Source: Octopus vulgaris
Taxonomy: Eukaryota
Direction: 5' to 3'
Length of the DNA stretch: 64,000 bases
Assembly: GCA_951406725.2 (NCBI GenBank)
Contig: OX597839.1
Location: 38,254,001 to 38,318,000, forward strand
Under the pieces are notes generated by a model, which saw nothing but the letters and a program-made list of their open reading frames with translations, ran no database searches and was not told where the DNA came from. The position numbers were made by a program, and so were the translations under genes. Below are positions 14,392 to 28,779 of this stretch, in pieces. Numbering within the stretch: the first letter of the stretch is position 1; every line of letters begins with the position of its first letter.

Positions 14392-14424
<33 letters not shown>

Positions 14425-15275
14425 CCCATACATATTTCTTTCTCTTTTTTTTCGTAAAATAAACAAATCAAAAGTAGAAAAATTTTAAACAAAACTTTTC
14501 TCAAGGAGGCGAAAATCTAAGAACAGTAGCAGCAGCAGCAGCAACAACAACAGCCACAACAACAATAAAAATAACGACAATAACAATAACAACAACAGCA
14601 ACAACAATGCAACAAAACAAAGCTTTTTTTTAAAAAAAAATATCAAAATGTCTTACAGGAAAAAAAATAATAAAAATCGCTCCCAAATGATAGCCATTAA
14701 ATGTTCGGTGTTTCTCTTCAGCTCTTGGAGTTTCCTCGTTAGTATTTATCAGTTATGACTTATCTGATATTTTACAGTAAGACGAAAATACAAAAACGCA
14801 AAGAAAGGCCAACAAAAGTCTTTCCTTAGTATAAATATATGCAGTGGAATATATTTAAGAAAGGAAAAAAAAGCAGAGAAGAATCTCTTTAGTGTCTGTC
14901 ATTTTTGACTTGGAGTAGTTATTGCACTGCACTCTAATTGTCATTGTTCATTAATTATTATCATTATTATTATTATTATTATCAATATTATTATTATTGT
15001 TGTTGTTGTTGTTGTTGTTTTTCTTTGTCTGAGAAACAAGGAAAAAACAAAAGAGAAAAGCTATGTTGAGGTAGATACGAAAACATCGTCGTATTATATT
15101 TTTTGGTGGGAGTGTATATATGTATGTATGTATGTATTATACATTTGTGTGTATTTGTGTGTGAGTGTATACATATATGCCTACATATATATATGTGTAT
15201 CCACATATATGTATGTATGTAAATATATATATATATGTGTGTGCGAGTATGTGTCACTGAGAGTATATTTGTGTG

Positions 15276-15376
<101 letters not shown>

Positions 15377-15408
15377 ATATAGATATACATACATATTTCT
15401 ATCTATCT

Positions 15409-15463
<55 letters not shown>

Positions 15464-15524
15464 GAAACAGACAGAGGAACACAGTGACACACAAACATAT
15501 TGATAGGCAGACGCATAGAAATAC

Positions 15525-15587
<63 letters not shown>

Positions 15588-15969
15588 CAGATAGATAGAG
15601 TGACGGGCATATACCTGAATACATACATACATGCATGCATACGTATATACATGAATGCATACATACGTACATACATGTATGCATACATACATTCTTGCAT
15701 ACATGCATGCATCGTAATGTAACAAAACAGAGGGAATCAAAAACTTCCGTAGACACGTTTTTATCATAAACATGCGACTGTCAATCGGTGTAGGATATTC
15801 TGGCGGCCATTTTACACAATCGAAATATTAAAATAATTTAAGTCTTTTTCAGTCAACAGTAAATACAACACTAAGTTCATATTTGGTTAAATTTTCCGTG
15901 TATTTGTTATCATCGTCATCGTTGCTATTAATATTGTTATTATTGTTATCAGTAACATTAATATCATCG

Positions 15970-16104
<135 letters not shown>

Positions 16105-16233
16105 CAGCGAGCTGGCAGAAACGTTAGCACGCCGGACAAAATGCTCGACGGCATTTCGTCTGCCTTTACTTTCTGAGTTCAAATTCCGCCGAGGTCGACT
16201 TCAAATCGATCCTGTTGTCACCAAGGCATGCAA

Positions 16234-16285
<52 letters not shown>

Positions 16286-16504
16286 CATATTTGGAAATAT
16301 ATAATGCATATAAATGAAAAAAAAAGTACATACATGTATCATATTTCTTTCTTGATATGCATATATATATATATGTATATACACGCATTCGCAGTCATAC
16401 AGTTATTACATACACACACATATATATTGTTGTATCTTGAGAGGGTCATTTTGCCAACGAGGTAACTAAACGCACTGGCCTTATTTAACTTCTCTTGATT
16501 ATTA

Positions 16505-16580
<76 letters not shown>

Positions 16581-16619
16581 CATCATCATCATCATCTTTA
16601 TGATTGTTGTTGTTGTTAA

Positions 16620-17010
16620 GATGTCCAGTTGGCAGACTCGTTAGCACGCAGGGCGAAATCCTTACCGGTATTTTGTCCGCCGTTGCGTTCTGAGTTCAAA
16701 TTCCGCCGAGGTCGACTTTGCCTTTCATCCTTCCGGGGTCGATAAATTAAGTACCAGTTACGCACTGGGGTCGATGTAATCGACTTAATCCGTGTCTGTC
16801 TTTGTTTGTCCCCTCTGTGTTTAGCCCCTTGTGGGTAGTAAAGAAATAGGTATTTTGTCCGTCTTTACGTTCTGAGTTCAAATTCCGCCAAGGTCGACTT
16901 GACTTTCCATCATTTGGGGGGTCGATAAATTAAGTACTAGTTATGCACTGGGGTCGATGTGATTCACTTATTCCCTCCCCCGAACTTGCTCACCTCGTGC
17001 CAAAATTCGG
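16620..17010 (+). mobile_element. SINE family A, head-to-tail dimer
   Basis: Two successive gttctgagttcaaattccgcc.aggtcgactt bodies joined at aaagaaatag|gtatttt. Confidence 0.85.
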
Positions 17011-17027
17011 AATTATTATTATTATTA

Positions 17028-17100
<73 letters not shown>

Positions 17101-17317
17101 CGTTGTTGTTGCTGCCGTTATTGCTATTGTTACTGTTACTATTATTGAAACAGATTAAATGCAATATGGTATACATTCTGGTTCTCCAACATATTTTATT
17201 GAGCTAGATTCCATCAAGGACAACTTTGACTTCCCAAACTTCCGGGGATCGATAAAGTATAGAAGACCAGTTAAGTACAATACTGAGGACAGTGCTATTG
17301 TTTAACCCGTTCCCTCT

Positions 17318-17470
17318 CAAAGGTTTGTCTCCTTGGCACGGCCAGAATAATCAGGAAAGTATTAGATAGTTGAAAAGAGCAGATAGCATGGGACCGTAGG
17401 CTGCAGGCAGCAGGGCCGCTACGAATGCAAGACACCAGGGGTACTAACAAAACCTGGGGTAACATAATAG
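17318..17470 (+). mobile_element. 3' end of an R4/Dong-like LINE followed by (TAA)n
   Basis: KVCLLGTARIIRKVLDS* C-terminal motif, short 3' UTR, then a TAA array. Confidence 0.7.
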
Positions 17471-17485
17471 TAATAATAATAATAA

Positions 17486-17605
<120 letters not shown>

Positions 17606-17860
17606 TAATAATATTAAAAATAACAAAAATGATAATAATAAATGAAATAGAACCAGTCCAGAGTTTCGTTTCTGGCAAAAATGGCCGTTCTCGAGGCTGT
17701 TTAACTATACACAAAATTTCTCGTACATCAAGGATCTCGGAAAGCAAATGAACAAATGATATTTTAAAGATATAGACACACACACACACGCACACACACA
17801 CACACACACACTCACACACACACTAAACTCTTGCACTCACGCGCGCGCTCATATGTGTGC

Positions 17861-17898
<38 letters not shown>

Positions 17899-18223
17899 TC
17901 ACACAATCGCGCACACTCATATAAGTAGACATATATATATGTATATATATGTTTCTGTGTGTATGTGTGTATGTATGCATGTATGTATATATGCTTGCAT
18001 ATATGTATGCGTGTATATACATTTACATATACATATATGCGAAATTACACATTAAACGCCGACGCAGGGTGGGGGTGGAAACAGGGTGACAGAAAAGAAG
18101 AAAATCAAAAAAACCTGTGAGAACTGAAGGAGACATGACTGATCGAAAGACGAATAGAACGGAACCGGAAGTTAAGATTGATGTGAGAACAAAAAACTGA
18201 AACTAGATATATGACTAATATAC

Positions 18224-18270
<47 letters not shown>

Positions 18271-18295
18271 TACATACATGCATATATATATACAC

Positions 18296-18369
<74 letters not shown>

Positions 18370-18937
18370 GTGCATGTATATATATATATACATATATATA
18401 TATTTGTTTAATAAACCATAAAAACGTTTATAAAATTTCATAACATTCCTTCTGTACATTTAAATTGCATGTTTGATATATTTGTATATCCGGTATCGAA
18501 ATTACCATTATCATTGATATTATTATCGTTGTTGTTTTTGTTGTTGTTGTTGTTTATATAATTAATATTAATATTATTACTATCATTGGATTATATTATT
18601 AATATTATAATATTATTAATATTATCATTGTTATTATTATTACCATTATTATTATTATTATTATAATTATTATTATTATTATTATTATTTTTTTAATTAG
18701 ACAACATTCTTCTTCTTATCATTATTATTATGGTTGTTGTTAATATTCACATTTCTTGTTGAATATTTTTTTTTTCTATATTTTATGAAATTCTAAATGT
18801 GGGATTTAAAATGTATTTTCGAAGGGAAACAATAAAAAAAAATATATAATAATAAATTTTAATAAAAAAAAAATAACGATAACAAATCAAACCTTTGTTT
18901 CTATACACGCACACACACACACATAGATATGTGTGTT

Positions 18938-18990
<53 letters not shown>

Positions 18991-19294
18991 CATTCATACA
19001 TATATATACACATACATACATGTATATATATACATATATATGACTGACTATACATCTATATATATATATATGTGTGTGTATATATATGTGTGTGTGTGTG
19101 CATATATGCGTGAATATATAAGCATGCATATATGACTCTGAGTATATGTGCATATATATACATGTCTATAATATATATCTGTTTGATATATGTATATATA
19201 CATATAGGTATGTATAATATACATATATACATCTATATACTTATATATATGTGTGCGTCTATGATATATATTGTTTTATATATATGCGTATATA

Positions 19295-19343
<49 letters not shown>

Positions 19344-19778
19344 CATGTATATGTACGCGTTTACCTATATACAAATTATTGTTGTTATTATTATGATTAT
19401 AATTATTGTTCATACTATAACATTTTTCTCTTCTAATATTATATGGCCTTTGTGCCCAGTTTAAAAAGGAAATACAATATAATTACCTTATACCTGTCAC
19501 TTTGTTGTTTTTACTTTTGTTGGTCTTTGTTACATTTCGTCCGCACTGTTCTTCACTGCAGCGGCAGTTCTAGTGCAGTATCTGGCCATTCCTAATACGT
19601 GTGTCACTGTGTCACTTGTAATAATATCTTTCTAAGAAAAATCACGGATGGATTCTTAAAACAATGCAAAAGACAGGTGAGCAGTGTTAAAGATTTATTC
19701 TTTGGCGTTTTCTGTAAGGCCATGAATGCGTTATTTTATTTATTTATTTATTTATTTTTTGCTACCTATCTGACATCA

Positions 19779-20044
19779 GTGGAGGCGCGTGGCTTAGTGC
19801 TTAGGGTGTCAGCATCATGATCGTGAGATTGTGGTTTCGATTCATGGACCGGGCGACGCGTTGTGTTCTTGAGCAAAACACTTCATTTCACGTCGCTCCA
19901 GTCCGCTCAGCTGGCAAAAATTAGTAACACTGCGATGGACTGGCGGACCGTCCAGCTGGGGAACACATACGCCATTGAAACCGGGAACCCGGGCCCATGA
20001 GCCTGGCTAGGTTTTTAAAAGGGCGCATTTATTATTTTATTTAT
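19779..20044 (+). mobile_element. tRNA-derived SINE family B, full length with TSD
   Basis: gtggaggcgcgtggcttagtg head, ttta tail, TSD tatctgacatcag at 19767-19779 and 20045-20057; near-identical to 40781-41050. Confidence 0.9.
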
Positions 20045-20204
20045 TATCTGACATCAGCACCGGGAACTACAAGATAGACAACTCAGAAATGATTTTCGAA
20101 GCTATAACTTCTGTGTAGAAACATCTACAAGAAAGATATGGCTTTGTAAACATCTATCGAGCAAATTATTATTGTATGCACGTGAAGTAGTTGCCCCCCC
20201 TCTC

Positions 20205-20395
20205 TCTAGTTCCTTTTGTGTTGATCTACGCCACGAGTTCTTAGGCCTACCTTTTTTCTATATCCACCCGAATTCCACTTTAAAGCACTTTTCGCTACAT
20301 TTTGTGTGTCTTTTCTAATTGTGCCACCAATCCACTTCCACTTTTCTTAAATATTTGCTCCCTAATCGAAACTTGATTTGTTCTTTGCCATAGCA
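20205..20395 (-). mobile_element. RTE-clade LINE ORF 3' fragment
   Basis: LWQRTNQVSIREQI..KWKWIG.TIRK...ALKWN...GRPKNSWRRS motif. Confidence 0.7.
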
Positions 20396-21099
20396 TAGAG
20401 AGAAGGGGACATTCATGGCAGAGTATAAGTACAGAAGCGAAAAATTATGCGACATGGAATTCAATTATAAGTGGCCTATACTCCGCGTGTGAGGGTTAAA
20501 GGCAGAAAAAAAACCTAAAGTGAGAATTTTTACACAACAAACCGCTGTGAAAATTGCCTTTTACAGGCAAAATATGTCTCAAACGTATTTGAACTTCTCT
20601 CAAAGTTGTTTACTCCACAACACTACTTTCACGTACCTACTACAATATTTAGCTCTAGGCTGACAGTTCATCGCACGCAACCAGTAGATTGTCCCTACAG
20701 ATCTTCTGTAACGAAGATACAACTCCCAAATCATCTCAAGGTTTCTCTCTCTTGCAATAGTCGGTGCTGATGATAACCAAGCAGTTAGAAACGCTTTTGG
20801 TTTCTTAACACTTGTTGTCTAAAGCGACGCGGGGTAGAGAAAAGGGTAAGTTGAAGAAAGAAAACAGAGTTTTACATCCTCTCAGTTTGAAAAACTGGCT
20901 GCGGCTGATAATGGACGTGGAATAACACGGGATGCAAACGTGAAGCAGAAGTTATAGGAGATGGCGTGCAGAAATGAGGAGGAAAAGGGTGATGGAGAGA
21001 GTAAAGGTAAGTAAATAAGGAAATGTTGGAGGGAGAAGGTGAAAGGTGGATTAAAAAGGGTAAAAAAGAATTAAGAGGAGGTGAAATGATGAAAGGAAA

Positions 21100-21520
21100 A
21101 AACGTTCATTCGTACCAGTTGGAGACATAGTACCAAGATCAAATATGAGACGTTGCTTCTTTCATTTCTTAGAAAAGTGGGGTCCGTGGTGCAAAGCCAT
21201 GCCACACACTGATAAATCTGCAATAGAATGATTCGCAGGGTTGAAGTCGGTGGCGACAGGTTGGCCTGGCATACGTAGCATTATGCTTCTGATGTGTTCG
21301 CGAAAGCAATCCCTAAGGCGTCGCCCTGTTTCTGCAATGTAAAGGGCACCGCAGAGTTTGCATATGATGCAATGTATGAGATTCGCCGAAGAGCAACAGA
21401 TGCGGTGTGTTAAGTGATATTGCTTCTTGTGTCCCGTGATGGTGGTAATATTTTTGATGTAGGGGCATGTGTTACATCGCCGGCGAGAACATTTAAAAGC
21501 TCCTTATTGTGCAGATAGTT
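21100..21520 (-). mobile_element. Penelope-like GIY-YIG endonuclease fragment (degenerate)
   Basis: NLIHCIICKLCGALYIAETGRRLRDCFREH...QPVA..FN...RLIFDLGTMSPTGTNERF. Confidence 0.8.
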
Positions 21521-21527
21521 TTTTCTT

Positions 21528-21756
21528 TTATTCTTTTCTTTTACTTGTTTCAGTCATTTGACTGCGGCCATGCTGGAGCACTCCCTTTAGTCGAGCAAAT
21601 CGACCCCAGGACTTATTCTTTGTAAGCCCAGTACTTATTCTATCGGTCTCTTTTGCCGAACCGCTAAGTGACGGGGACGTAAACACACCCGCATCGGTTG
21701 TCAAGCGATGTTGGGGGGACAAACACAGACACACAAACACATACACACACATACAG

Positions 21757-21787
<31 letters not shown>

Positions 21788-21950
21788 ACAGGCTTCTTTC
21801 AGTTTCCGTCTACCAAATCCACTCACAAGGCATTGGTCGGCCCGGGGCTATAGTAGAAGACATTTGCCCAAGATGCCACGCAGTGGGACTGAACCCGGAA
21901 CCATGTGGTTGGTTAGAAAGCTACTTACCACACAGCCACTCCTGCGCCTA
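21528..21950 (-). mobile_element. SINE family C, full length
   Basis: Head aggcgcaggagtggctgtgtggtaag with B-box-like ggttcagtcc; internal microsatellite; many copies in the window. Confidence 0.88.
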
Positions 21951-22467
21951 TATATAGTTATATAACTTTTTGCAAGAAGAAATATTATATTCAATGGCTA
22001 TTAATGAAATCTGGTCAAGTTCAAAGAACGAATTTTGATTATTTAATCATCTTAAAATGCCATGTATAATAGTCTTCTGTGTGTATGACGCACCTCGACT
22101 TAGATATCTAAATTCTCTTAAAACCTTATATCCTGTATAACACGAAGCATTGCACAAATCCTACAAGAGTGAATACTTAATTATAACCCAATGTTTTTGA
22201 TTTAGAAGCACTCGTTGAACTTTATTGGAACAGAATTAAATTAAAACTGGCATACGTATATCATTGTCGATATTCATGGATCATCTGACCTTACTATGCG
22301 CAGTTATGGTAATTTTACGATAAGTCAGAATGGGACGATTGAACAAAACTGCTTGAACACTGACGATTAAATACGGCTGACTGGGCATCCATCTTGTTTT
22401 GGTGACAGTGATGTTTGGCATTGGATGCAAACACGCATGCGTGCACAGAAATTTACATATACAGATA

Positions 22468-22509
<42 letters not shown>

Positions 22510-24195
22510 AAGACATTACAATTTATTAATTGATCACGATTGACATAAAGTCTTGTCTTCTCGTACAGATAAACAGAAATATGCTCATACACATAAATGG
22601 AGAGAGGGGGGAGAGATGGAGGGAGAGAATGGGAGACATAGAGATGAGGTAGAGAAACTACAAGAGAAACATTAAAACGTCTGATTAACATTGAATCAGC
22701 GACGCCATAAGCGGCGCCAAAACGTTTATGCCAAAACGTCTCACGTTTGTCTTAGGTAATGATTTTACAAATTGCGAAATAATTGCTCAGCTGTCACTCA
22801 CAAGCGAGTATGAACTGTTAGTATAGGGAGCATGCTTTTGCTAATTGCTTTAGCTGTGTGTGTATCGGCCTTTGCCTTTCGCCTTGCGATGTTTGTCTGT
22901 TGTAAACGGTAGAGTTTAAGTGTTTCATAAGTAGTGAATCTTTAATCCTCGAATTTCCAAAAATCCATTTTGTGGTTTTGATGGAATTTTCTAGATGTGC
23001 CTCTCTGATAAGCATTTGTGTGCGTGTATTTCTTTATGCGCATGTCTAAGTGACAGACAGTTTTTCCAGTGAAAATTCGAAGCATTCATTCCAATATCTA
23101 TTCGGTACCTTGTCCACATACTTCCTCTTCTCTCACAAACGGCAGACTTCATTTTAAATATTCTAGACTTAATCTGTCTTCGATGTGTTAAGAAACGCGT
23201 CACCTCATCTTCCAAATTTTTAAGTCGCAGCTCTTGAACCTACAGAATCTACGATCTAAAACCCTTCAACTGCCTTCTATAATGTTGACATCATCAAGCA
23301 GATCAGATAACAGGGCTTCTTTTTTTTCAATGAATAGATCAGTGACCTACCAACTTATTTCTCGGCAAATGTAGTATAAAAAAAGAACATAATACTCACC
23401 TTGGATTAAAGGCCTTGAACCTTGTTAATCTGATCTTTTAGATAAGACCAGTATCATTAAATCTCGTAAGTATACTAACGTCTTCCAAATCAAACTGAAA
23501 TCCGATAAGAATAATACTAAGAATTACAATAAATTTATTTTCTCAGATAAAATGAAGAATGTTTATGTTCTAGAAACGGAAACCTATAATCAAATTTTAA
23601 GTGATGTTACCCAGAACTTTAAACAAATTTAACACATTCGCCGTTAACAATAACAAAATTGTAGCCCACAAATCTAAGTTAAATAATAGATTAGAGTGTG
23701 TAGTTAAATGTGAAACGTATATTACTCTTAAAGACCATAAAGAGAATCTCGCCTGTAAACCGAAGAACAGATTTATTAGCCTTGATAAATGTAAAATCAG
23801 TAACAATACATACACAGTGATAACAATAACGTGCCATAAGATACAACCCGCAAACACAAGTTAAATAATAGATTAGCGCGAGTAGTTAAACGCAAAGCAT
23901 ATATCTCTCTTCAAGACCATAAAGAGAAATTCGCCTCTAAACTTAATTACAGATTAATTAAGCTTGATAAAAGTGAAATCAGTAAAGATATAACATTAAT
24001 GATAGCTTTAGGAAAACAACTAATAGCTATCAATGGAACAAAACCAACATTGTTATTTGCTGGTTTAAAAACATCGGCAATAAAAGCGAATGTAAATAAG
24101 CTTTATTTGATATTGTCGAGTTTATTTTTATCTCGATACAATTTGACACCAGATCTCTAAAGGTTGACTTGGCAGATAACGCTGTAAATGATATA

Positions 24196-24425
24196 AGGCG
24201 GCGAGCTGGCAGAAACGTTAGTACGCCGGGCGAAATGCTTAGCGGTATTTCGTCTGCGTTACGTTGTGAATTCAAATTCCGCCGAGGTCGACTTTGCCTT
24301 TCATCCTTTCGGGGTCGATAAATTAAGTACCAGTTACGCACTTGGGTCGATATAATCGACTTAATACCTATGTCTGTCCTTGTTTGTCCCCTCTGTGTTT
24401 AGCCCCTTGTGGGTAATAAAGAAAT
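24196..24425 (+). mobile_element. SINE family A monomer with 19-bp TSD
   Basis: ggcggcgagctggcagaaacgttag head; gcctttcatcctttcggggtcgataaa core (resembles the Meta/Sauria SINE core); TSD agataacgctgtaaatgat. Confidence 0.92.
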
Positions 24426-24518
24426 AGATAACGCTGTAAATGATGTTGATATTGGAATCACCATGCATGCTAGAAAACCACTGTTTTTTCGACAAAATTC
24501 TGTCAGTATTTAAAAGAA

Positions 24519-24826
24519 GGCGCACGGTTCAGTGATTAATGCGTTCGATTCCCGGACCGGGCTGCGTGTTGTGTTCTTGAGCAAGACACTTTATTTCACA
24601 TTGCTCCAGTCACCTCAGCTGTAGAAATGAGTTGCGACATCACTGGTGCCAAGCTGTATCTGCCCCTTTGCCTTTCCCTTGGATAACATCAGTGGTGTGA
24701 AGAGGGGGAGGCTGGTATGCATGGGTGACTACTGGCCTTCCACAAACAACTTTACCTGGACTTGTGCCTGGGAAGGTAACTCTCTAGGTGCAATCCCATA
24801 GTCATTCACGATCGAAGGGGGTCTCC
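24519..24826 (+). mobile_element. SINE family B, alternative tail type
   Basis: Homologous to 46776-47105. Confidence 0.8.
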
Positions 24827-25047
24827 TCATTTAAAAGAAAACCGACTCTAGCGGTTCGTTTGACAGTAGCAGGTTCGTCCAGCAGGGCAGAAATGTGATC
24901 TTGTCGGTCTGTATAACATTAATACGCTCAAAACTAAATTCATTGCTATTGATATATAAACGACAGGGTGGCGTTATCATATCACGCTAAAGAACATATA
25001 AATTTAGAAAAGAATTAATCAATACCATTAAAAATTCAACTATTTAT

Positions 25048-25270
25048 CTGTTTCTTTATTGCCCACAAGGGGCTAAACATAGAGGGGAGAAACAAGGACA
25101 GACAAACGGATTAAGTCGATTACATCGACCCCAGTGCGTAACTGGTACTTAATTTATCGACCCCGAAAGGATGAAAGGCAAAATCGACCTCGGCGGAATT
25201 TCAACTCAGAACGCAACGACAGACGCAATACCGCTAAGCATTTCGCCCGGCGTGCTAACGTTTCTGCCAA
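25048..25270 (-). mobile_element. SINE family A
   Basis: Reverse complement of the 24196 copy. Confidence 0.88.
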
Positions 25271-25576
25271 CTATTTATCGATTACGTATTACCCACTACT
25301 TTGAGCAATTAATTCCTTAATAATCACAATCAACGCAACCACAAACAGGCACACACCACGAAATAAACTGGAAGAAAACGTTACATACATAAATACGAAG
25401 TTCTAACCGCCCACCCAACTTCAGTCAACTTCAACCAATTAGTTAGCAATATCGAAAGCTGAATCTGCGATCTACCAAATTAATAAAGAAACCTTCGATC
25501 CCTTTCTGCAACAATGCGCTACAAGCTAACGGTCATAAAGATTACATTAGATATACACCAATTCCTTGTCAAGAGA

Positions 25577-25893
25577 TAGTGTGTGGTCTAGTGGTTACGG
25601 TGTGGCACTCATGATCGTAAGATTGTAGTTTCGATACCCGGACCGGGTGGAGTGTTGTGTTATCGAGCAAAACGCTTGTTCCACATTGTTCCTTCAGTCC
25701 GCTCAGCAAAACAAATCTGTGTGTGGTTTGGCCACAATACCAGAGGGCGCACACTCTCCTACCCTGATGTAATCTCCAGGGATACAGGCATCCAGCAACA
25801 GGACCTCCGTAATGCCATGATGGACCGTGAAGTCTGGCGTAGCATGGTAAATTCCATTGTCTCGACCACAGTCGAACAATGATGATGATGATT
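25577..25893 (+). mobile_element. SINE family B head fused to an RTE LINE 3' end with (TGA)n tail
   Basis: tRNA-like head, then GRTLSYPDVISRDTG...AMMDREVWRSMV...* and tgatgatgat. Confidence 0.7.
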
Positions 25894-26121
25894 GGCCTTT
25901 AATAACCAGGGGTCAATTTAAGTTCAATCGGAGAAAGGAATTCAAAACGGCTACACACATACACAAGCACATACCTATCAGCCACTTCCAAAAGCCAGTT
26001 TCATCCAAAATTCTGGCCACCAAACAGATTCAGCTTTTCGCTTTTGTTCATTGCTTTTTCTTCTTTTAGTCGTCCGTCATTATTCATGGATTTAGTTTCA
26101 GTTTTGAGGGTTTCACTTTAT

Positions 26122-26352
26122 ATTTCTTTACTACCCACAAGGGGCTAAACATAGAGGGGACAAACAAGGACAGACAAACGGATCAAGTCGATTACATCGA
26201 CCCCAGTGCGTAACTGGTACTTAATTTATCGACCTCGAAAGGATGAAAGGCAAAGTCGACCTCGGCGGAATTTGAACTCAGAACGTAACGGCAGACGAAA
26301 TACGGCCACGCATTTTGCCCGGCGTGCTAACGTTTCTGCCAGCTCGCCGCCT
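26122..26352 (-). mobile_element. SINE family A
   Basis: Full-length reverse-complement copy. Confidence 0.9.
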
Positions 26353-26644
26353 TCACTTTAGCGACACCAGTTACACATGGTACCAGGAATTTGCTTGGTA
26401 TCGTCAAAGTGGAAAAAGTGTCTTTTTAAGTTTTTGAAGATTTGAAACAAAAAGGCATAAAGGCATGTTTTTTTTTAAGCTGACTGTCGCAGAGATGGCT
26501 ACTATTGGCTACTATGGCTACTAAATTTCAAATTAAACTTACCAAAGTTGAATATCTTCCAGCGTCCGCCCCTATCGCACTCCTCCAAGTTTCTTAACGC
26601 CCTCTTAGCGCCCCTTTGCTCCAAAACACCTCCTCGGGCTCCAT

Positions 26645-27029
26645 TTGGAAGCATTCCGTCGGTTACGACGACGAGGGTTCCGGTTGATCCGAATCAACGG
26701 AACAGCCTGCTCGTGAAATTAACGTGTAAGTGGCAGAGCACTCCACAGACACGTATACCCTTAACATAGTTCTCGGGGATATTCAGCGTGACACAGAGAG
26801 TGACAAGGCCGGCCCCTTGAAATACAGGTACAACAGAAACAGGAAGTAAGAGTGAGAGAAAGTTGTGGTGAAAGAGTACAGCAGGGATCACCACCATCCC
26901 CTGCCGGAGCCTCGTGGAGCTTTAGGTGTTTTCGCTCAATAAACACTCACAACGCCCGGTCTGGGAATCGAAACCGCGATCCTATGACCGCGAGTCCGCT
27001 GCCCTAACCACTGGGCCATTGCGCCTCCA
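26645..27029 (-). mobile_element. SINE family B with TSD ctcgggctccat
   Basis: TSD at 26633-26644 and 27030-27041. Confidence 0.88.
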
Positions 27030-27663
27030 CTCGGGCTCCATATGGCCCCCGTTAAGAAACTTTGGTCTAGGTAACACTCAGGGTGATGATGATGATGATG
27101 ATGATGAGGAGGAGGAGGAGGAGGAGGAAGAAAAATGAGGAGGACGACGAAGAGGAAGGAATCAATGACATCTTTGTTAATTCGTGGAGAAATTCTATTT
27201 TAATATTTGGATAATTTTTGGATGTTTTTCTATCTTTTATTTGTTTATTGTTTTTTCTGTAACATTACACCTTCTTCATTCTCTCATTCTCTCTCTCTTT
27301 CACGTCTCTCTCTTTACCTTCCGATTTCTTCACATCTATCATCCTCCTCGTCCTCCTTCTCCTTATCTTTCCCTCCTCCTTCTCTCACTTCTTCTCTTCC
27401 TCCTTTCCCTTTTCCTCTTCCTTCTCCTCTCCTCCTCCTTCTCCTCCTCCTTCTCCTCCCCTCCTCCTTCTCCTCCTTCTCCTCCTTCTCCTCCTCCTCC
27501 TTCTTCCCTGCTCCTCCATCTTCTCTCCTCCACCTTCTCCTCCCCGCCTCCTTCCAACCTGTCTTGTTTACCCATTAATTGATATTGTCAAACATCTGTT
27601 GTTGTCTTTGTTGTTGTTGTTGACGTTGTTATTGTTCTTGTTCTTGTTCTTGTTCTCCTTCTC

Positions 27664-27725
<62 letters not shown>

Positions 27726-27819
27726 CCACTTTCTTCTTTATCTTACTGTTTTATTATTACAATTATCATTATTATTATCATCATTACTATTGTTAATGCC
27801 ACTATCATTACAATTATTA

Positions 27820-27851
<32 letters not shown>

Positions 27852-27857
27852 TATTAA

Positions 27858-27893
<36 letters not shown>

Positions 27894-28030
27894 GACTGTC
27901 ATTACTATAATCTTGTTGAGATAAAACAAACTCCAACCGAAAAACAACACCAGAATAAAAGAAACGATTAAAGCAAGAAAATATTTTCTGGTTTTAATAA
28001 AAACTGGTTTTAATAGCAATAGCATAATAG

Positions 28031-28112
<82 letters not shown>

Positions 28113-28166
28113 GTAATAGCATGTTATGTTTTGCCATTTTTCTGTCTCCGTGTAGATGTGTGTATA

Positions 28167-28210
<44 letters not shown>

Positions 28211-28779
28211 CCATAATATATATTTATACATATATAACAATATATACCTATATGTCAAAATATATGTATAAATATATATATATATAACAATATATAATAC
28301 ATATATGTACATATATATGTACATATACATATATATATATATATATACACACATATATATATATATATACATATATATACATACGTACACACATACATAC
28401 ATACATAGATATTCTTTTTTTTTACCTTATTAGCAACAAAAAGTCGAAAGAGATTTTTTTAATGAAAAAAAAACATTAGAAAAAAAAAACAAAAATAAGA
28501 CAGCAAATAAAGAATTTAGAAGACAACACAAAATTACGTGTATAAAAATAAACAATGGCGTAAAATAATCAAATACAATTCCACCTAATTCGTTGTTTGT
28601 GTTTATTAATAATTTTTAGTATACACTTCGACAATTCTTTGCGACTTATTATATTCTTATTAAATTCTTATCACACTCGAAGGATAATGCATTCATTCTT
28701 ACTGTATTCATATATTACTTAGACAATATAGTCTTGTTTTGTACAATATTTCTTTTTATATTTATCCGGCGTGGGTGTG

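Larger units (their letters stand above)
23300..25560 (+). mobile_element. Decayed Penelope-like reverse transcriptase region, interrupted by three SINEs and carrying an internal duplication of about 180 bp
   Basis: YITLKDHKENL...RFI.LDK.EIS...QWNKT..VI.WFKNI...LFDIVEFY motif; duplication 23674-23830 / 23857-24010. Confidence 0.7.

Noticed and set aside
19779-19860. tRNA gene
   Set aside because: The tRNA-like head continues into a SINE core and tail with TSDs; no complete cloverleaf.
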